A stretch of 64,000 bases of DNA, from the NCBI GenBank assembly GCA_029858505.1, contig JAOUEW010000004.1:131779-195778 (forward strand), written 5' to 3'. Positions 52,483 to 61,722 of the stretch are shown here, piece after piece. The stretch is from Deltaproteobacteria bacterium. GTDB taxonomy: Bacteria > SAR324 > JACQKK01. A program made the translations under genes and the position numbers. Below the pieces are notes generated by a model, which had not been told where the DNA came from, searched no databases, and worked only from the letters and a program-made list of their open reading frames with translations. Within the stretch, counting starts at the first letter, position 1; each line of letters starts with the position of its first letter.

Positions 52483-53970
52483 CTAGTCTTTTTTCCAGCG
52501 CAACACCGGCTGGCGGGCGGCCCGGGTTTCGTCCAGCCGCCGCCGGGGGGCGGTGTGGGGGGCCGAATGCACGGTGTCTGGGTCGGTCTCGGCTTCGGCC
52601 AGCACGGCCTTCACCGCCATTACAAACCGGTCCAGTTCCTCCCTGGGCTCCGACTCGGTGGGTTCCACCATGAAGGCCCCCTTCACCGTCAGGGGAAAGT
52701 ACACGGTGGGGGGGTGGAAACCATGGTCAATCAGCCGCTTGGCCAGGTCTAGGGTGGTGATGTTCCGCTCGGCCAGCCCCGCGTCGGTAAACACCACCTC
52801 GTGCAGGGTGGGGGTGGGGTGGGCGGGGGTCAGCACTCCCTCCAGTTCTTTCCGCAGGTAATTGGCGTTCAGCACGGCGGTGTCGGTCATCTCTCGCAGG
52901 CCCGGCCCCCCCATGGCCAGCAGGTAACTCCAGGCCCGCACCAGCACCCCCACGTTGCCGTGAAAGGCATGCAGGCGGCCGATGGATGTGGCCCCCAGGT
53001 CCTTCATCCGGTAGTTCGGCCCAGATTTTTCCACCACCGGTCCCGGTAAAAAGGGTGCCAGTTCCGCCGTGCAATGCACGGGTCCCGCCCCAGGGCCGCC
53101 CCCGCCGTGGGGGGTGGAGAAGGTTTTGTGCAGGTTCAGGTGCAGCACGTCCATGCCGTAGTCGGCGGGGCGGGCCACCCCCACCTGGGCGTTCATGTTG
53201 GCTCCATCGCAATACACATAACCCCCGTGCTGGTGCACCACCTTGGCGATTTCGGTGATGTTCTTTTCAAAAATGCCCAGGGTGTTGGGGTTGGTCAGCA
53301 TCAGCCCGGCGGTTTGCCGGTCCATCTTGGCGGTCAGGTCGGCCATGTCAATGCAGCCATCGGGGCCGCTTTTCACTTCTTTCACCTGAAAGCCCGCCAG
53401 GGCGGCGGAGGCCGGGTTGGTGCCATGGGCCGAGTCCGGTACCAAAATCACCGGGCGTTGTTCGCCCCTGGCTTCTAGGGCGGCCCGAATCATCAGCACC
53501 CCGGCCAGTTCCCCATGGGCCCCGGCGGCGGGCTGCAGGCTAACCCCCGGAAAGCCCGTAATCTCGCTCAGCCATTCCTGCAGCTGATGCATCAAGGCCA
53601 GGGTGCCCTGGGTCAGGGGTTCGTTCATCAGAGGGTGAATTTGGTTGAAACCAACCAGGGCCGCCGCCCATTCGTTTAGGCGGGGGTTGTATTTCATGGT
53701 GCAACTGCCCAGGGGATACATGCCCTGGTCCACCGAGTAATTGGCCCGGGACAGCCGGGTGAAATGCCGCACCGCGTCGAACTCCGACAGGCGGGGCAGG
53801 CCCTCCAGGTTGTCCTCTCGCAGGGGCACCCCCGGAAGGGATTGTTCCACCGGGGGCAGCGGTACCGGCGCTTGCCGCAGGCTAACCCCTTGGCGATCCG
53901 AGGGGGGGTACTCAAACGACAACCGTTCGTCTTGAATGAATCCCATGGGTTTTACGGGCGTGTGGCTCAT
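52483..53970 (-). CDS. gcvPB: Glycine dehydrogenase (decarboxylating) subunit 2
   Basis: PLP-dependent GcvPB blocks (GSCTMKYNP, lysine-containing HLNLHKTF); start MSHTPVKP at 53970 overlaps the gcvPA stop (tcATGa). The ORF track extends to 54147. Confidence 0.9.
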   Translation of the reverse strand: MSHTPVKPMGFIQDERLSFEYPPSDRQGVSLRQAPVPLPPVEQSLPGVPLREDNLEGLPRLSEFDAVRHFTRLSRANYSVDQGMYPLGSCTMKYNPRLNEWAAALVGFNQIHPLMNEPLTQGTLALMHQLQEWLSEITGFPGVSLQPAAGAHGELAGVLMIRAALEARGEQRPVILVPDSAHGTNPASAALAGFQVKEVKSGPDGCIDMADLTAKMDRQTAGLMLTNPNTLGIFEKNITEIAKVVHQHGGYVYCDGANMNAQVGVARPADYGMDVLHLNLHKTFSTPHGGGGPGAGPVHCTAELAPFLPGPVVEKSGPNYRMKDLGATSIGRLHAFHGNVGVLVRAWSYLLAMGGPGLREMTDTAVLNANYLRKELEGVLTPAHPTPTLHEVVFTDAGLAERNITTLDLAKRLIDHGFHPPTVYFPLTVKGAFMVEPTESEPREELDRFVMAVKAVLAEAETDPDTVHSAPHTAPRRRLDETRAARQPVLRWKKD

Positions 53971-55325
53971 TGGGCGGCCTCCTTCAGCAGGGCGATGAGA
54001 TTTTGCGCCTGGGCCAGGGTGTTGTTTTCGGTAAAGGCCGCCAGCAGGGTGTGGTCTTCGCCGGGAATCAACCGCCCCAGGTCCAGCCCCGGCACCAAGC
54101 CCTGGGCCTCTCCCAAGGCCACGATGTTTTGGGCCGGCACGGGGCACACCAGGGCCGTTTCGTTAAAGCGGGGCCCGGTATATCGCAGTTTGTAGCCCTT
54201 TATTTTCAGCGCTTCGCTCTCGAACCAGCGGGCCAAGCCCGCCGACTGCCGGGCAGCTTCTTTCAAACCCTCCGGGCCCATCAGGGTCAGGTGAATCACC
54301 GCCCGCAGCATCATCAAGCTTTGGTTGGTGCAAATGTTCGACGTGGCCTTTTCGCGGCGGATGTGTTGCTCGCGGGTGGACAGGGTGAGCACGAACCCCC
54401 GCCGTCCGTCGGCGTCTACCGTTTGCCCGCAAATGCGCCCCGGCATCTGCCGCAGAAATTCTTCCCGGGCCGCCATGAACCCTAGGTGGGGGCCCCCAAA
54501 GCCCATGGGAATGCCGAAGGCCTGGGCTTCTCCCGCCACGATGTCGAACCCCAGTTTACCGGGGGGTTGCAGCAGGGCCAAACTGTAAGGCTCGTTCACC
54601 ACCGCCACGGCCAGGGCCCCTGCCCCATGGGCCGCCGCCGACTGACCAGACAGGTCCTCCACCACCCCGAACACGTTGGGGCTTTGCACCACCAAGCAGG
54701 CGGTGTCGGGGCCCAGCTTGGCCAGGGCCGCTTGGTCTACCCGCCCGGTCTTGGGGTCGGCGGGCAGGGTTTCCAGCTCCACGTCTAGGTAACGGGTGTA
54801 GGTCTCTACCACCTGCCGGTAATGGGGGTGCAGGGTGGCGGCCAGGGCCACTTTGCGGCGGCCCTTTTTAATGCGTAGGGCCATCAGCACGGCCTCTGCC
54901 GTGGCCGAGGCCCCGCAGTACAGGCTGGCGTTGGCCACGTCCATCCCCGTCAGCAGACAGGTGAAGGTTTGAAACTCGAAGGTGGCCTGGAGGGTGCCCT
55001 GGGCAATCTCTGGCTGATAGGGCGTGTAGGCGGTGAAGAACTCGGCCCGGCTGGTGAGGGTGCTGATGGTGAGGGGGATGAAATGGTTGTAGCACCCGGC
55101 GCCCAAGAAGCTGGTCATCCCGGCCCCCCGGTTGGCCTCCGCCACGGCGGCCATGTGGTCCATTTGGTCCGGTTCAGACATTCCCGGCGGCAGGTTCAGG
55201 GGGCGGTTCAGCCGGGCCTGGGGGGGAATGGACTCGAACAGGCTGTCTACGGAAGGAACGCCCATGGCCGTTAACATTTGACGACGGATGGCGTTGCTGT
55301 TGGGAATGTAGCGCATACCAAACAA
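53967..55325 (-). CDS. gcvPA: Glycine dehydrogenase (decarboxylating) subunit 1
   Basis: 452 aa; typical GcvPA N-terminus MFGMRYIPNSNAIRRQMLTAMGV and conserved blocks throughout. Confidence 0.9.
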   Translation of the reverse strand: MFGMRYIPNSNAIRRQMLTAMGVPSVDSLFESIPPQARLNRPLNLPPGMSEPDQMDHMAAVAEANRGAGMTSFLGAGCYNHFIPLTISTLTSRAEFFTAYTPYQPEIAQGTLQATFEFQTFTCLLTGMDVANASLYCGASATAEAVLMALRIKKGRRKVALAATLHPHYRQVVETYTRYLDVELETLPADPKTGRVDQAALAKLGPDTACLVVQSPNVFGVVEDLSGQSAAAHGAGALAVAVVNEPYSLALLQPPGKLGFDIVAGEAQAFGIPMGFGGPHLGFMAAREEFLRQMPGRICGQTVDADGRRGFVLTLSTREQHIRREKATSNICTNQSLMMLRAVIHLTLMGPEGLKEAARQSAGLARWFESEALKIKGYKLRYTGPRFNETALVCPVPAQNIVALGEAQGLVPGLDLGRLIPGEDHTLLAAFTENNTLAQAQNLIALLKEAAQ

Positions 55326-55466
55326 ACCCGAAATGAAGGGTGATGGAATAGAATCGCGGGAAAAATGAATGAAACAGCTTAGGCTAACATGGGAAAAACA
55401 GCGTGGGAATAGATGGAAAGAATAGGCGCCAAGGAAGAAGAATTTGGGCTGATGGAGAGCCTTTCA

Positions 55467-55499
55467 CAAAAAACCGCCCTGTATTTCCAGCGGTTTTTT
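55467..55499. terminator. A-tract/hairpin/T-tract element (bidirectional-terminator-like) in the divergent intergenic region, i.e. within the gcvPA leader
   Basis: aaaaaaccgccctg-tatttc-cagcggtttttt; ~140 nt upstream of the gcvPA ATG on the minus strand. Confidence 0.45.
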
Positions 55500-55798
55500 G
55501 TATAGAAAAGGGAGATCAAGTGAGCCTAGGAGAATGGGTAAAAACAGTTATTCAGGGGGTCGCCTTGCGTTTCGTGATAATACGAAACCCATACCTTGAT
55601 AGAGCCATGGGGATTGGACTATAACCAAGTCAGACCCCCACGGGGGGGATTCTCTGCTTGCCACGGGAAAACCACATGGGGGCAGGTCACCAAAAAGGAG
55701 GAACCGACATGAGGAAGCACGTCCAACCCGCGCAGACCAGGGGTGTGTTTGTGGGGGTCTTCAAAACGAAAGCCCATAAGAACGCCCAAAGGAAAACC

Positions 55799-56836
55799 AT
55801 GGTTGCGTTGCGAAACCTATTCACCGGAATGTTGCTGCTGGGGGTTTTCAGTTCAACCGCGTTGGCCCTAGACCCCGCGGCGGCGAAAAAATGGAGCGGA
55901 CACTGGGACGCCATGGAAGACCCCCCGGAAAGCCCGGAGGTCTATTTTAACTATCACATCGAATTGACCAAAAATGGGTTCAAATGGACCAGTGCCCATC
56001 AGGAAGAACCTTATGGCCCAAATGAAACGCTTGATGAGGGCGAAGGAGTGTTTGTGGATGAACACCACGCCACAGACACTTCTAAAAATCTTCTTTTTAC
56101 CCTGGTGGAAGGCGCCACCCCGCGTCAGAAGCGGCTGGTGGTGAAAGCGTTGAAAGAACCCCAGGGCTCGCTTGAAAATACAGGAGTAGACTATACTTTT
56201 TTCTTCATCCCAGACACCTTTCAGGCCGGGTTTGACTGCGAGAAGGCTTCTACCCCCATCGAAAACACCCTGTGCCATGACAGGCGGCTGGCCCAGGCCG
56301 ACAAAGAAATGGGCGGGTTGTTCAAGGAGGCCAAAGGCAAATTATCTAAAGATGCCGTGGCGGGTCTGGTGGCGGACCAAAAACAGTGGGTGACCCAACG
56401 CAATGCCTGCATGAAGGGGAAAGAGGTGAATGCATCCTGCCTCAGGCGGTCTTATGCCCACCGGTTGGCTGCCCTGGAAAAAATCATAGACCCCTCCTTG
56501 GGAAAAGGCCCATTGTTCGACGCGGAATTCCTGGCGGGCTTGTATAAAAAAGGAGGCCATCTGGGGGCAAACACCATCATTCAATTGCTGCTGTTGGATT
56601 TTGAAGGGGGCAAAGAAACAGCGGTGGAGTTAACCCAAAGACAGAGTACCTACAAAGCTGAAATCACCCCAGCAAAAACAACTATAACCGGGTCTTATTC
56701 CTTCTCCTATGTTTGCTATCCAGCGGATTGCGAGAAGGAAGTGACGTTCCACTTGACCGCGGATAAAAACGGGAACATTCAATTTGACCGTCAAGAAAAA
56801 TCAAATGAGGAGGCCGGAAGCTCAGAAGATCAATAA
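55799..56836 (+). CDS. Secreted protein containing a DUF1311 (LprI lysozyme-inhibitor-like) domain
   Basis: Signal peptide MVALRNLFTGMLLLGVFSSTALA; domain with C..D..L...D..L...QR.W...R...C pattern (CHDRRLAQADKEMGGLF...QKQWVTQRNAC); lower GC. The ORF track starts at 55658. Confidence 0.6.
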   Translation: MVALRNLFTGMLLLGVFSSTALALDPAAAKKWSGHWDAMEDPPESPEVYFNYHIELTKNGFKWTSAHQEEPYGPNETLDEGEGVFVDEHHATDTSKNLLFTLVEGATPRQKRLVVKALKEPQGSLENTGVDYTFFFIPDTFQAGFDCEKASTPIENTLCHDRRLAQADKEMGGLFKEAKGKLSKDAVAGLVADQKQWVTQRNACMKGKEVNASCLRRSYAHRLAALEKIIDPSLGKGPLFDAEFLAGLYKKGGHLGANTIIQLLLLDFEGGKETAVELTQRQSTYKAEITPAKTTITGSYSFSYVCYPADCEKEVTFHLTADKNGNIQFDRQEKSNEEAGSSEDQ

Positions 56837-56870
56837 AATATTTTCAGTGGCAGGCCCTTCCTCTTTCTGG

Positions 56871-56925
56871 CATCGTGGAAAACCACCTGCGTTCTTCCGG
56901 GGGTTTCCACGATGCTTGTTTTTTC
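56871..56925 (+). terminator. Rho-independent terminator after the DUF1311 gene
   Basis: 13-bp perfect stem catcgtggaaaacc / ggtttccacgatg, 17-nt loop, then cttgttttttc. Confidence 0.7.
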
Positions 56926-57011
56926 TTACCCGGAAATAAATAATCACATGGATGTATGATTCTGTACCGCCATATCACCCTGCACCCTCATTCATTCTCT
57001 TAGCGGCACCC

Positions 57012-57980
57012 ATGGCCAAGAAGGTATCTACCAAGGAAATTGGGCTGATTTTGGCCCCCCACCTGCTGAAAACCGAAGACCTGCATTATGGCTATTGGAA
57101 GGGGCTGGCGGTCAACCTGACCAACCTGCCCAAGGCCCAAGAGGCTTACACGCAGCACCTGATCAGCCACATTCCCCAGGGGGTGAAAACCATATTAGAC
57201 GTGGGGTGCGGCACGGGGCACTTGGCCCAGCGGCTGCTGGCCAAAAAATACCGGGTGGAGGGCGTGTCGCCCTCGCCGGTGCTGTCGGACATGGTGGAAA
57301 AGCGGCTGGGGAAGGCCTTTCCCCTGCACCGCACCACCATGGAGGGGCTGAACCTGGACCGCACGTTTGACCTGGTGATGTTTTCGGAAAGTTTCCAGTA
57401 CATTCCCCCCCAAGCCAGCCTGCCCATGTGCCGCACCCTGCTCAAGCCCGGCGGGCACGTGTTGATCTGCGATTTTTTCCAGAAGGAAGGCACGGGAGAC
57501 AGCGCCCTGAAAGGCGGCCACCTGCTGAAGGGGTTTTATGATTACCTGGCTACCCAGCCCTTTACCGTGGTGAAGGACCTGGACATTACCCCCCACACCG
57601 CCCCCAACCTGCAACTGGTGGATGACATGCTGACCCAGTGGGGCCTGCCGGTGTGGGACACCTTTGGCTATTACTTCAAAAGCAATCACCCTTGGCTGAG
57701 CGCCCTGTTTACCCGCATGTTCCGCCGCAAGCTGGAAAAAGTGCGCTTCAAGTATTTTTCGCACCAGCGCAACGCCAAAACCTTTGCCCAGCACAAAAGT
57801 TACCGGCTGCTGCTGCTGCAATTGAAATCCAACGGCGATCAAACCACGGCAGACCCGCGCCCGAAACTTTCCCCAGCAAAAAAAACCACGGTTCGGCCGG
57901 GGAAACCGGCCCGCAAGCCTGCTATGAAATCAGCAGGGAAATCAGGGGGGAAGTCAGGGGGAAAACCCCGCCCGCGGTGA
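57012..57980 (+). CDS. Class I SAM-dependent methyltransferase with Lys/Gly-rich C-terminal tail
   Basis: Motif I ILDVGCGTGHLAQRL; tail KPARKPAMKSAGKSGGKSGGKPRPR. The ORF track starts at 56952. Confidence 0.8.
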   Translation: MAKKVSTKEIGLILAPHLLKTEDLHYGYWKGLAVNLTNLPKAQEAYTQHLISHIPQGVKTILDVGCGTGHLAQRLLAKKYRVEGVSPSPVLSDMVEKRLGKAFPLHRTTMEGLNLDRTFDLVMFSESFQYIPPQASLPMCRTLLKPGGHVLICDFFQKEGTGDSALKGGHLLKGFYDYLATQPFTVVKDLDITPHTAPNLQLVDDMLTQWGLPVWDTFGYYFKSNHPWLSALFTRMFRRKLEKVRFKYFSHQRNAKTFAQHKSYRLLLLQLKSNGDQTTADPRPKLSPAKKTTVRPGKPARKPAMKSAGKSGGKSGGKPRPR

Positions 57981-57981
57981 A

Positions 57982-58054
<73 letters not shown>

Positions 58055-58278
58055 AATGGCGGTAGGAAAAGCGAAATGTTGGAAAGCCTGGGGGTGATAG
58101 GCCCCTGGTCATCCAACATAAAGGCGGTGGGGGGGGCTGTCAACGGAAGGGCTTTCCCCGTCGGGCCTGCCCGATGGCTGGCAGATTGGCTTCGAACAGG
58201 GGGGTCTTTCTATCGGGTCTTTTTCTATCTGGCCGGTTGCTCCCTGTGTTTCTTGCTCACCCCCAAATCTCCCTCGTC

Positions 58279-58728
58279 ATGGCGCCATCCTCCCCCAGCT
58301 CTCTCATCCGTGTGTGGTGCGATGGTTCCTGCTCCCCCAATCCCGGTCCTGGGGGGTGGGGGGCCATCATCGAGCAAAACGGCACCCGCCGGGAAATTTC
58401 CGGGGCTGCCCCCAACGCCACCAACAACATCATGGAAATGACGGCGGCCCTGGAGGCCCTGAAGCAAACCCCCCCTGGGGCCCAGGTGGAGGTGACCACC
58501 GACAGCCAGTACCTGGTGAAGGGCATGACCCAGTGGCTGGCGGGGTGGAAGCGGAAAAACTGGCGCAAGGCCGATGGCCAGCCAGTGATGAATCAAACGG
58601 TGTGGATGGCCCTGGATGAAGCCGCCCGCGCCCGGCAGGTGACCTGGGTGTGGGTCGAGGGCCACAACGGCCACCCGGAAAACGAACGCTGCGATGAACT
58701 GGCCAATCAGGCCCGCAGGGCAACTTGA
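58279..58728 (+). CDS. rnhA: Ribonuclease HI
   Basis: Start MAPSSPSSLIRVWCDGSC; catalytic DEDD residues in conserved RNase H blocks (CDGSC, TNNIMEMTAALEAL, TDSQY, GHNGHPENERCDELA). The ORF track starts at 58174. Confidence 0.85.
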   Translation: MAPSSPSSLIRVWCDGSCSPNPGPGGWGAIIEQNGTRREISGAAPNATNNIMEMTAALEALKQTPPGAQVEVTTDSQYLVKGMTQWLAGWKRKNWRKADGQPVMNQTVWMALDEAARARQVTWVWVEGHNGHPENERCDELANQARRAT

Positions 58729-58800
58729 TGAGAGCCACAAAAAAAATCCCCCCTCCCCGGTGACACCGGAAAGGGGGGACGGGCGGCATCCTGCCAACCC

Positions 58801-59226
58801 CTAATTGGCAAAAATTCGGTTGCCCCCCGAATGGCAGCCCATGGCGTTGCACGAGCCCCCGGATTGTTGCGAGACCATGGCCGTGTCCACGGTTTTATGG
58901 ACTTTGGCACTGTAAGTCCCAGGGGTTCCAAAGCCACTCCACCAGAAATTTCCCAGTTTGTCGGTCATCAGGGTGTAGGGCATTCCAACCACGGGGGTGA
59001 TGGTTACGGTGGCCCCCTGAACGGCGTTGGTTCCCGTGGTGCTGTCATACACCGTTCCAGCGATGATAAAGGCGTGCTCACCCATGTTGTGGCACCCGGC
59101 GGTCATGCAGTCGGTCCCCGGGTTATGGGACCCTTCCCCATCTCCTCCTCCGCAGCCAGCCAGGGCCAGCAGTCCGGCCGTCATTCCCGCCATCCACACT
59201 CCGCGCATCGTCATCCAGGCACCCAT
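58801..59226 (-). CDS. Lipoprotein with two C-x4-CH motifs flanking a carboxypeptidase-regulatory-like beta-sandwich segment
   Basis: Lipobox LAGC; DCMTAGCH and SCNAMGCH; middle GTVYDSTTGTNAVQGATVTI resembles a CarboxypepD_reg-type fold. Confidence 0.5.
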   Translation of the reverse strand: MGAWMTMRGVWMAGMTAGLLALAGCGGGDGEGSHNPGTDCMTAGCHNMGEHAFIIAGTVYDSTTGTNAVQGATVTITPVVGMPYTLMTDKLGNFWWSGFGTPGTYSAKVHKTVDTAMVSQQSGGSCNAMGCHSGGNRIFAN

Positions 59227-59565
59227 CCGTTCTTTCCTTTCCTAGACACAACCTTGGCCGCCACCCGGAACGTTACCAATTCCGGCCCTGTTGATGGGGT
59301 TTTCTGGTGGAAGCTCTAGGGTAGTGTTGCGTTTTTGTTGAGGGTTCAAGTTGAACTCACAAACCTAGCCTTGGCTTAAGCCCAATTGGCCATGGATGTA
59401 GATTTGTTAGGTTTATGTTAGCACCGGTTTTGGTGGGATGCAACATTGTCATAAAATACACATTAATCGGGCAGATGTTTGTATAGTTTGCCCCTGAAAT
59501 GCCGATACACCCTTAGGACAATCCAATCACCAACCCAAGAATTCACCCATTTCAAGCCAAATCCC

Positions 59566-59991
59566 ATGGGAAAACGCGCAAATTTACTTCGTTATTTGGC
59601 TGGAATGCTGACAGGCCCATGGGCCTTTGCCGTGTTGCTGGGGAGTCTTGCCAGTTGCGCCGGATCGGAACCCCAGGGGGCCAAATGGCCCACCGTGCGG
59701 GAGGAACTGGCGGTGTATGACCAGCAGATGAACTGGGGGCTGATTTATTATCAAAGCTGGATCAAGGAGAAAAACCCCCGCTATTTGGTGCTGTCCAGGG
59801 AGCATATCTTCACGGCGGTGAATCACTATCATTACCTGCAGCGGGAGATGGGCACCGGATTCCCCGACTATTACATTGTGAACCGCCGGCGGAGGATTGG
59901 CTGCACCTACCTGAAAGAGCTGGACGCCGCCGCCCTGCGCTATCAGGTGGACCTGCCCAATACCAGCGATTCTGGCTGCTGGCCAGACTGA
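59566..59991 (+). CDS. Hypothetical lipoprotein
   Basis: Start MGKRANLLRYLAGMLTGPWAFAVLLGSLASC (lipobox LASC); Trp/Tyr-rich, no family recognised. The ORF track starts at 59479. Confidence 0.4.
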   Translation: MGKRANLLRYLAGMLTGPWAFAVLLGSLASCAGSEPQGAKWPTVREELAVYDQQMNWGLIYYQSWIKEKNPRYLVLSREHIFTAVNHYHYLQREMGTGFPDYYIVNRRRRIGCTYLKELDAAALRYQVDLPNTSDSGCWPD

Positions 59992-60014
59992 CCCCGTGAC
60001 CTGGGGGGCCAGCC

Positions 60015-61484
60015 GTGATACAGGAAAAGGGAAGCTTAACGAATGCTCCCCCTTTCCCTTTTCGGTTATCCATGAACCTGGGTTTTGTGTTCCGCGTGTT
60101 GTTTTCCCTGGCGCTTTTTTTCGGGGGGCTGCTGTGGGTCTTTCCCCTGGAGGTGGTGGGCTGGTCGGCGGCGGCCTTGGCGCTGGCCACGGGTTGGGCG
60201 GTGGTGTTTCGCCGCAGCCTGCGGGTGGTGGTGAAACCCCCGCCAGGCCTGAACCCGGCCTTGGCCCAGTTGCTGCGGGCCGCCCGTGCCAAAGCCCAGG
60301 CCAAAGAGTCCTCCCCAGCGGCCGCCCAGGTGCTCTCAACCCCACTCTCCCGGTTGCCCGCCGAGCCCGCCGAGCCGGGCCAAATCCCCAGCGGGGTCTT
60401 TGGCGGGTTTCAACAGCACCTGAACGCGCTGGAAGGCAAGCCCGCCGCCCCGGCCGCCAAATCACGGGTCAGCGGCAAGCCCGCCCGGTCTCCTGTGCCC
60501 CCCGCCGAGGAAGACGAACCCACCGTGGAAATCTCCAAGGCGGGCCGTAAACTGGCCGAAAAGAAACCCAGGGAAGCCAGGATGGGAGGCTATCCCGCGC
60601 CCGGCACGCCCATTCATCCCGCGGGTGCTCCCCCCAAAACGGCCGCCAGCCCAGGTGCTGCGAATCGAGCGAATCTCGAAGCGCCCCAGCCCCAACCTAC
60701 ATCCGTCGAATCGAAGGAGTCTAACCTGGGGGAGCCCCTGCTGCCCCCCGGCCAAGATCTGTTCAGCGACCTGCGGCCCTCTCTAGACGAAGTCTCTGCC
60801 GCCAAGCCTGCCGCCAAATCTGGGCGGCTAGACCCAGCCCGCCCGGAGAAAATCCGGCAGGCCCTGGGCACCGGCGCCGGCCCCGCCGCCGAGGATGCCG
60901 CCGCCCTGCTGGATGCCTTTGACCGGGCGGTGCTGCGCCGGGACGCCCAGGCGGCCAGGGAATCCTATGAAAAGTTTGAGAGCCTGGCCGCCAAAGACGC
61001 CCTGCTGGGCCGGGGGGCCCTGGGCCGCCGCGGCGAGGAAGCCCGGGTGCGGCTGGCGGTAACCGAGGGCGACCCCAGCGAAGCCGCCGCCATGCTGGAA
61101 ACGCTGCTGGAAGACTGGCCCGCCCCGGAACCCGCTGAATTGGAGGAGTTGATGGGGCGCCTGACCGAAGGGGCCGACCCCGCCCAGCGGCCAGCCCTGC
61201 GGGTGAACCTGCTGCTGAAGGTGTTGGCTATCCACCGGAAATCCGCCAACCAGGGGGCCATGGACCAAGTGTATGGCCTAATTGTGGGGGCCCAGGAGCA
61301 GGCGGGGGACCCCAAGCGGCTGGTGCAGTTCCTGAAAAATCAGCTGGCCCTGAAGAAAGCCCTGGGCGACACCCAGGGGCAAACCGCCCTGGCCGACCGC
61401 CTGGGCAAAGAATTGTTCCGCCTGGGAGACAACGAAGGCGCCAAGGAATATTATGAAATGGCCATTGGTTTGAAGGAGAAGTAA
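60015..61484 (+). CDS. Hypothetical membrane-anchored Pro/Ala-rich protein with C-terminal TPR-like helical domain
   Basis: 489-aa ORF; N-terminal TM (LFSLALFFGGLLWVFPL), long PA-rich low-complexity linker, helical C-terminus (..KEYYEMAIGLKEK); start may be 60072. Confidence 0.45.
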   Translation: MIQEKGSLTNAPPFPFRLSMNLGFVFRVLFSLALFFGGLLWVFPLEVVGWSAAALALATGWAVVFRRSLRVVVKPPPGLNPALAQLLRAARAKAQAKESSPAAAQVLSTPLSRLPAEPAEPGQIPSGVFGGFQQHLNALEGKPAAPAAKSRVSGKPARSPVPPAEEDEPTVEISKAGRKLAEKKPREARMGGYPAPGTPIHPAGAPPKTAASPGAANRANLEAPQPQPTSVESKESNLGEPLLPPGQDLFSDLRPSLDEVSAAKPAAKSGRLDPARPEKIRQALGTGAGPAAEDAAALLDAFDRAVLRRDAQAARESYEKFESLAAKDALLGRGALGRRGEEARVRLAVTEGDPSEAAAMLETLLEDWPAPEPAELEELMGRLTEGADPAQRPALRVNLLLKVLAIHRKSANQGAMDQVYGLIVGAQEQAGDPKRLVQFLKNQLALKKALGDTQGQTALADRLGKELFRLGDNEGAKEYYEMAIGLKEK

Positions 61485-61722
61485 AACAAGAGCAGGAAAT
61501 CGGGCACGAATTATTAGGGTATTCCCATGCGAATTGAAAATGGTCTAGGGCCAAAGAAATTCTCCCCCAGAAAAATGCCCGACTGGGAATCGGATACAAT
61601 GCAAAACTGTGCAAATTTGTTCGTGAGGCATGGTCTTTAGAGGCGGCCATAAAAAAAATCAAAAAGTTTAGAAAAAGCTCACTTACGCATCCGCGAAATC
61701 TTTTCAAGATAGATCAAATTCC

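Noticed and set aside
55326-55798. Glycine riboswitch upstream of gcvPA
   Set aside because: Consensus blocks are not present in the correct order or strand; only fragmentary similarity on the wrong strand
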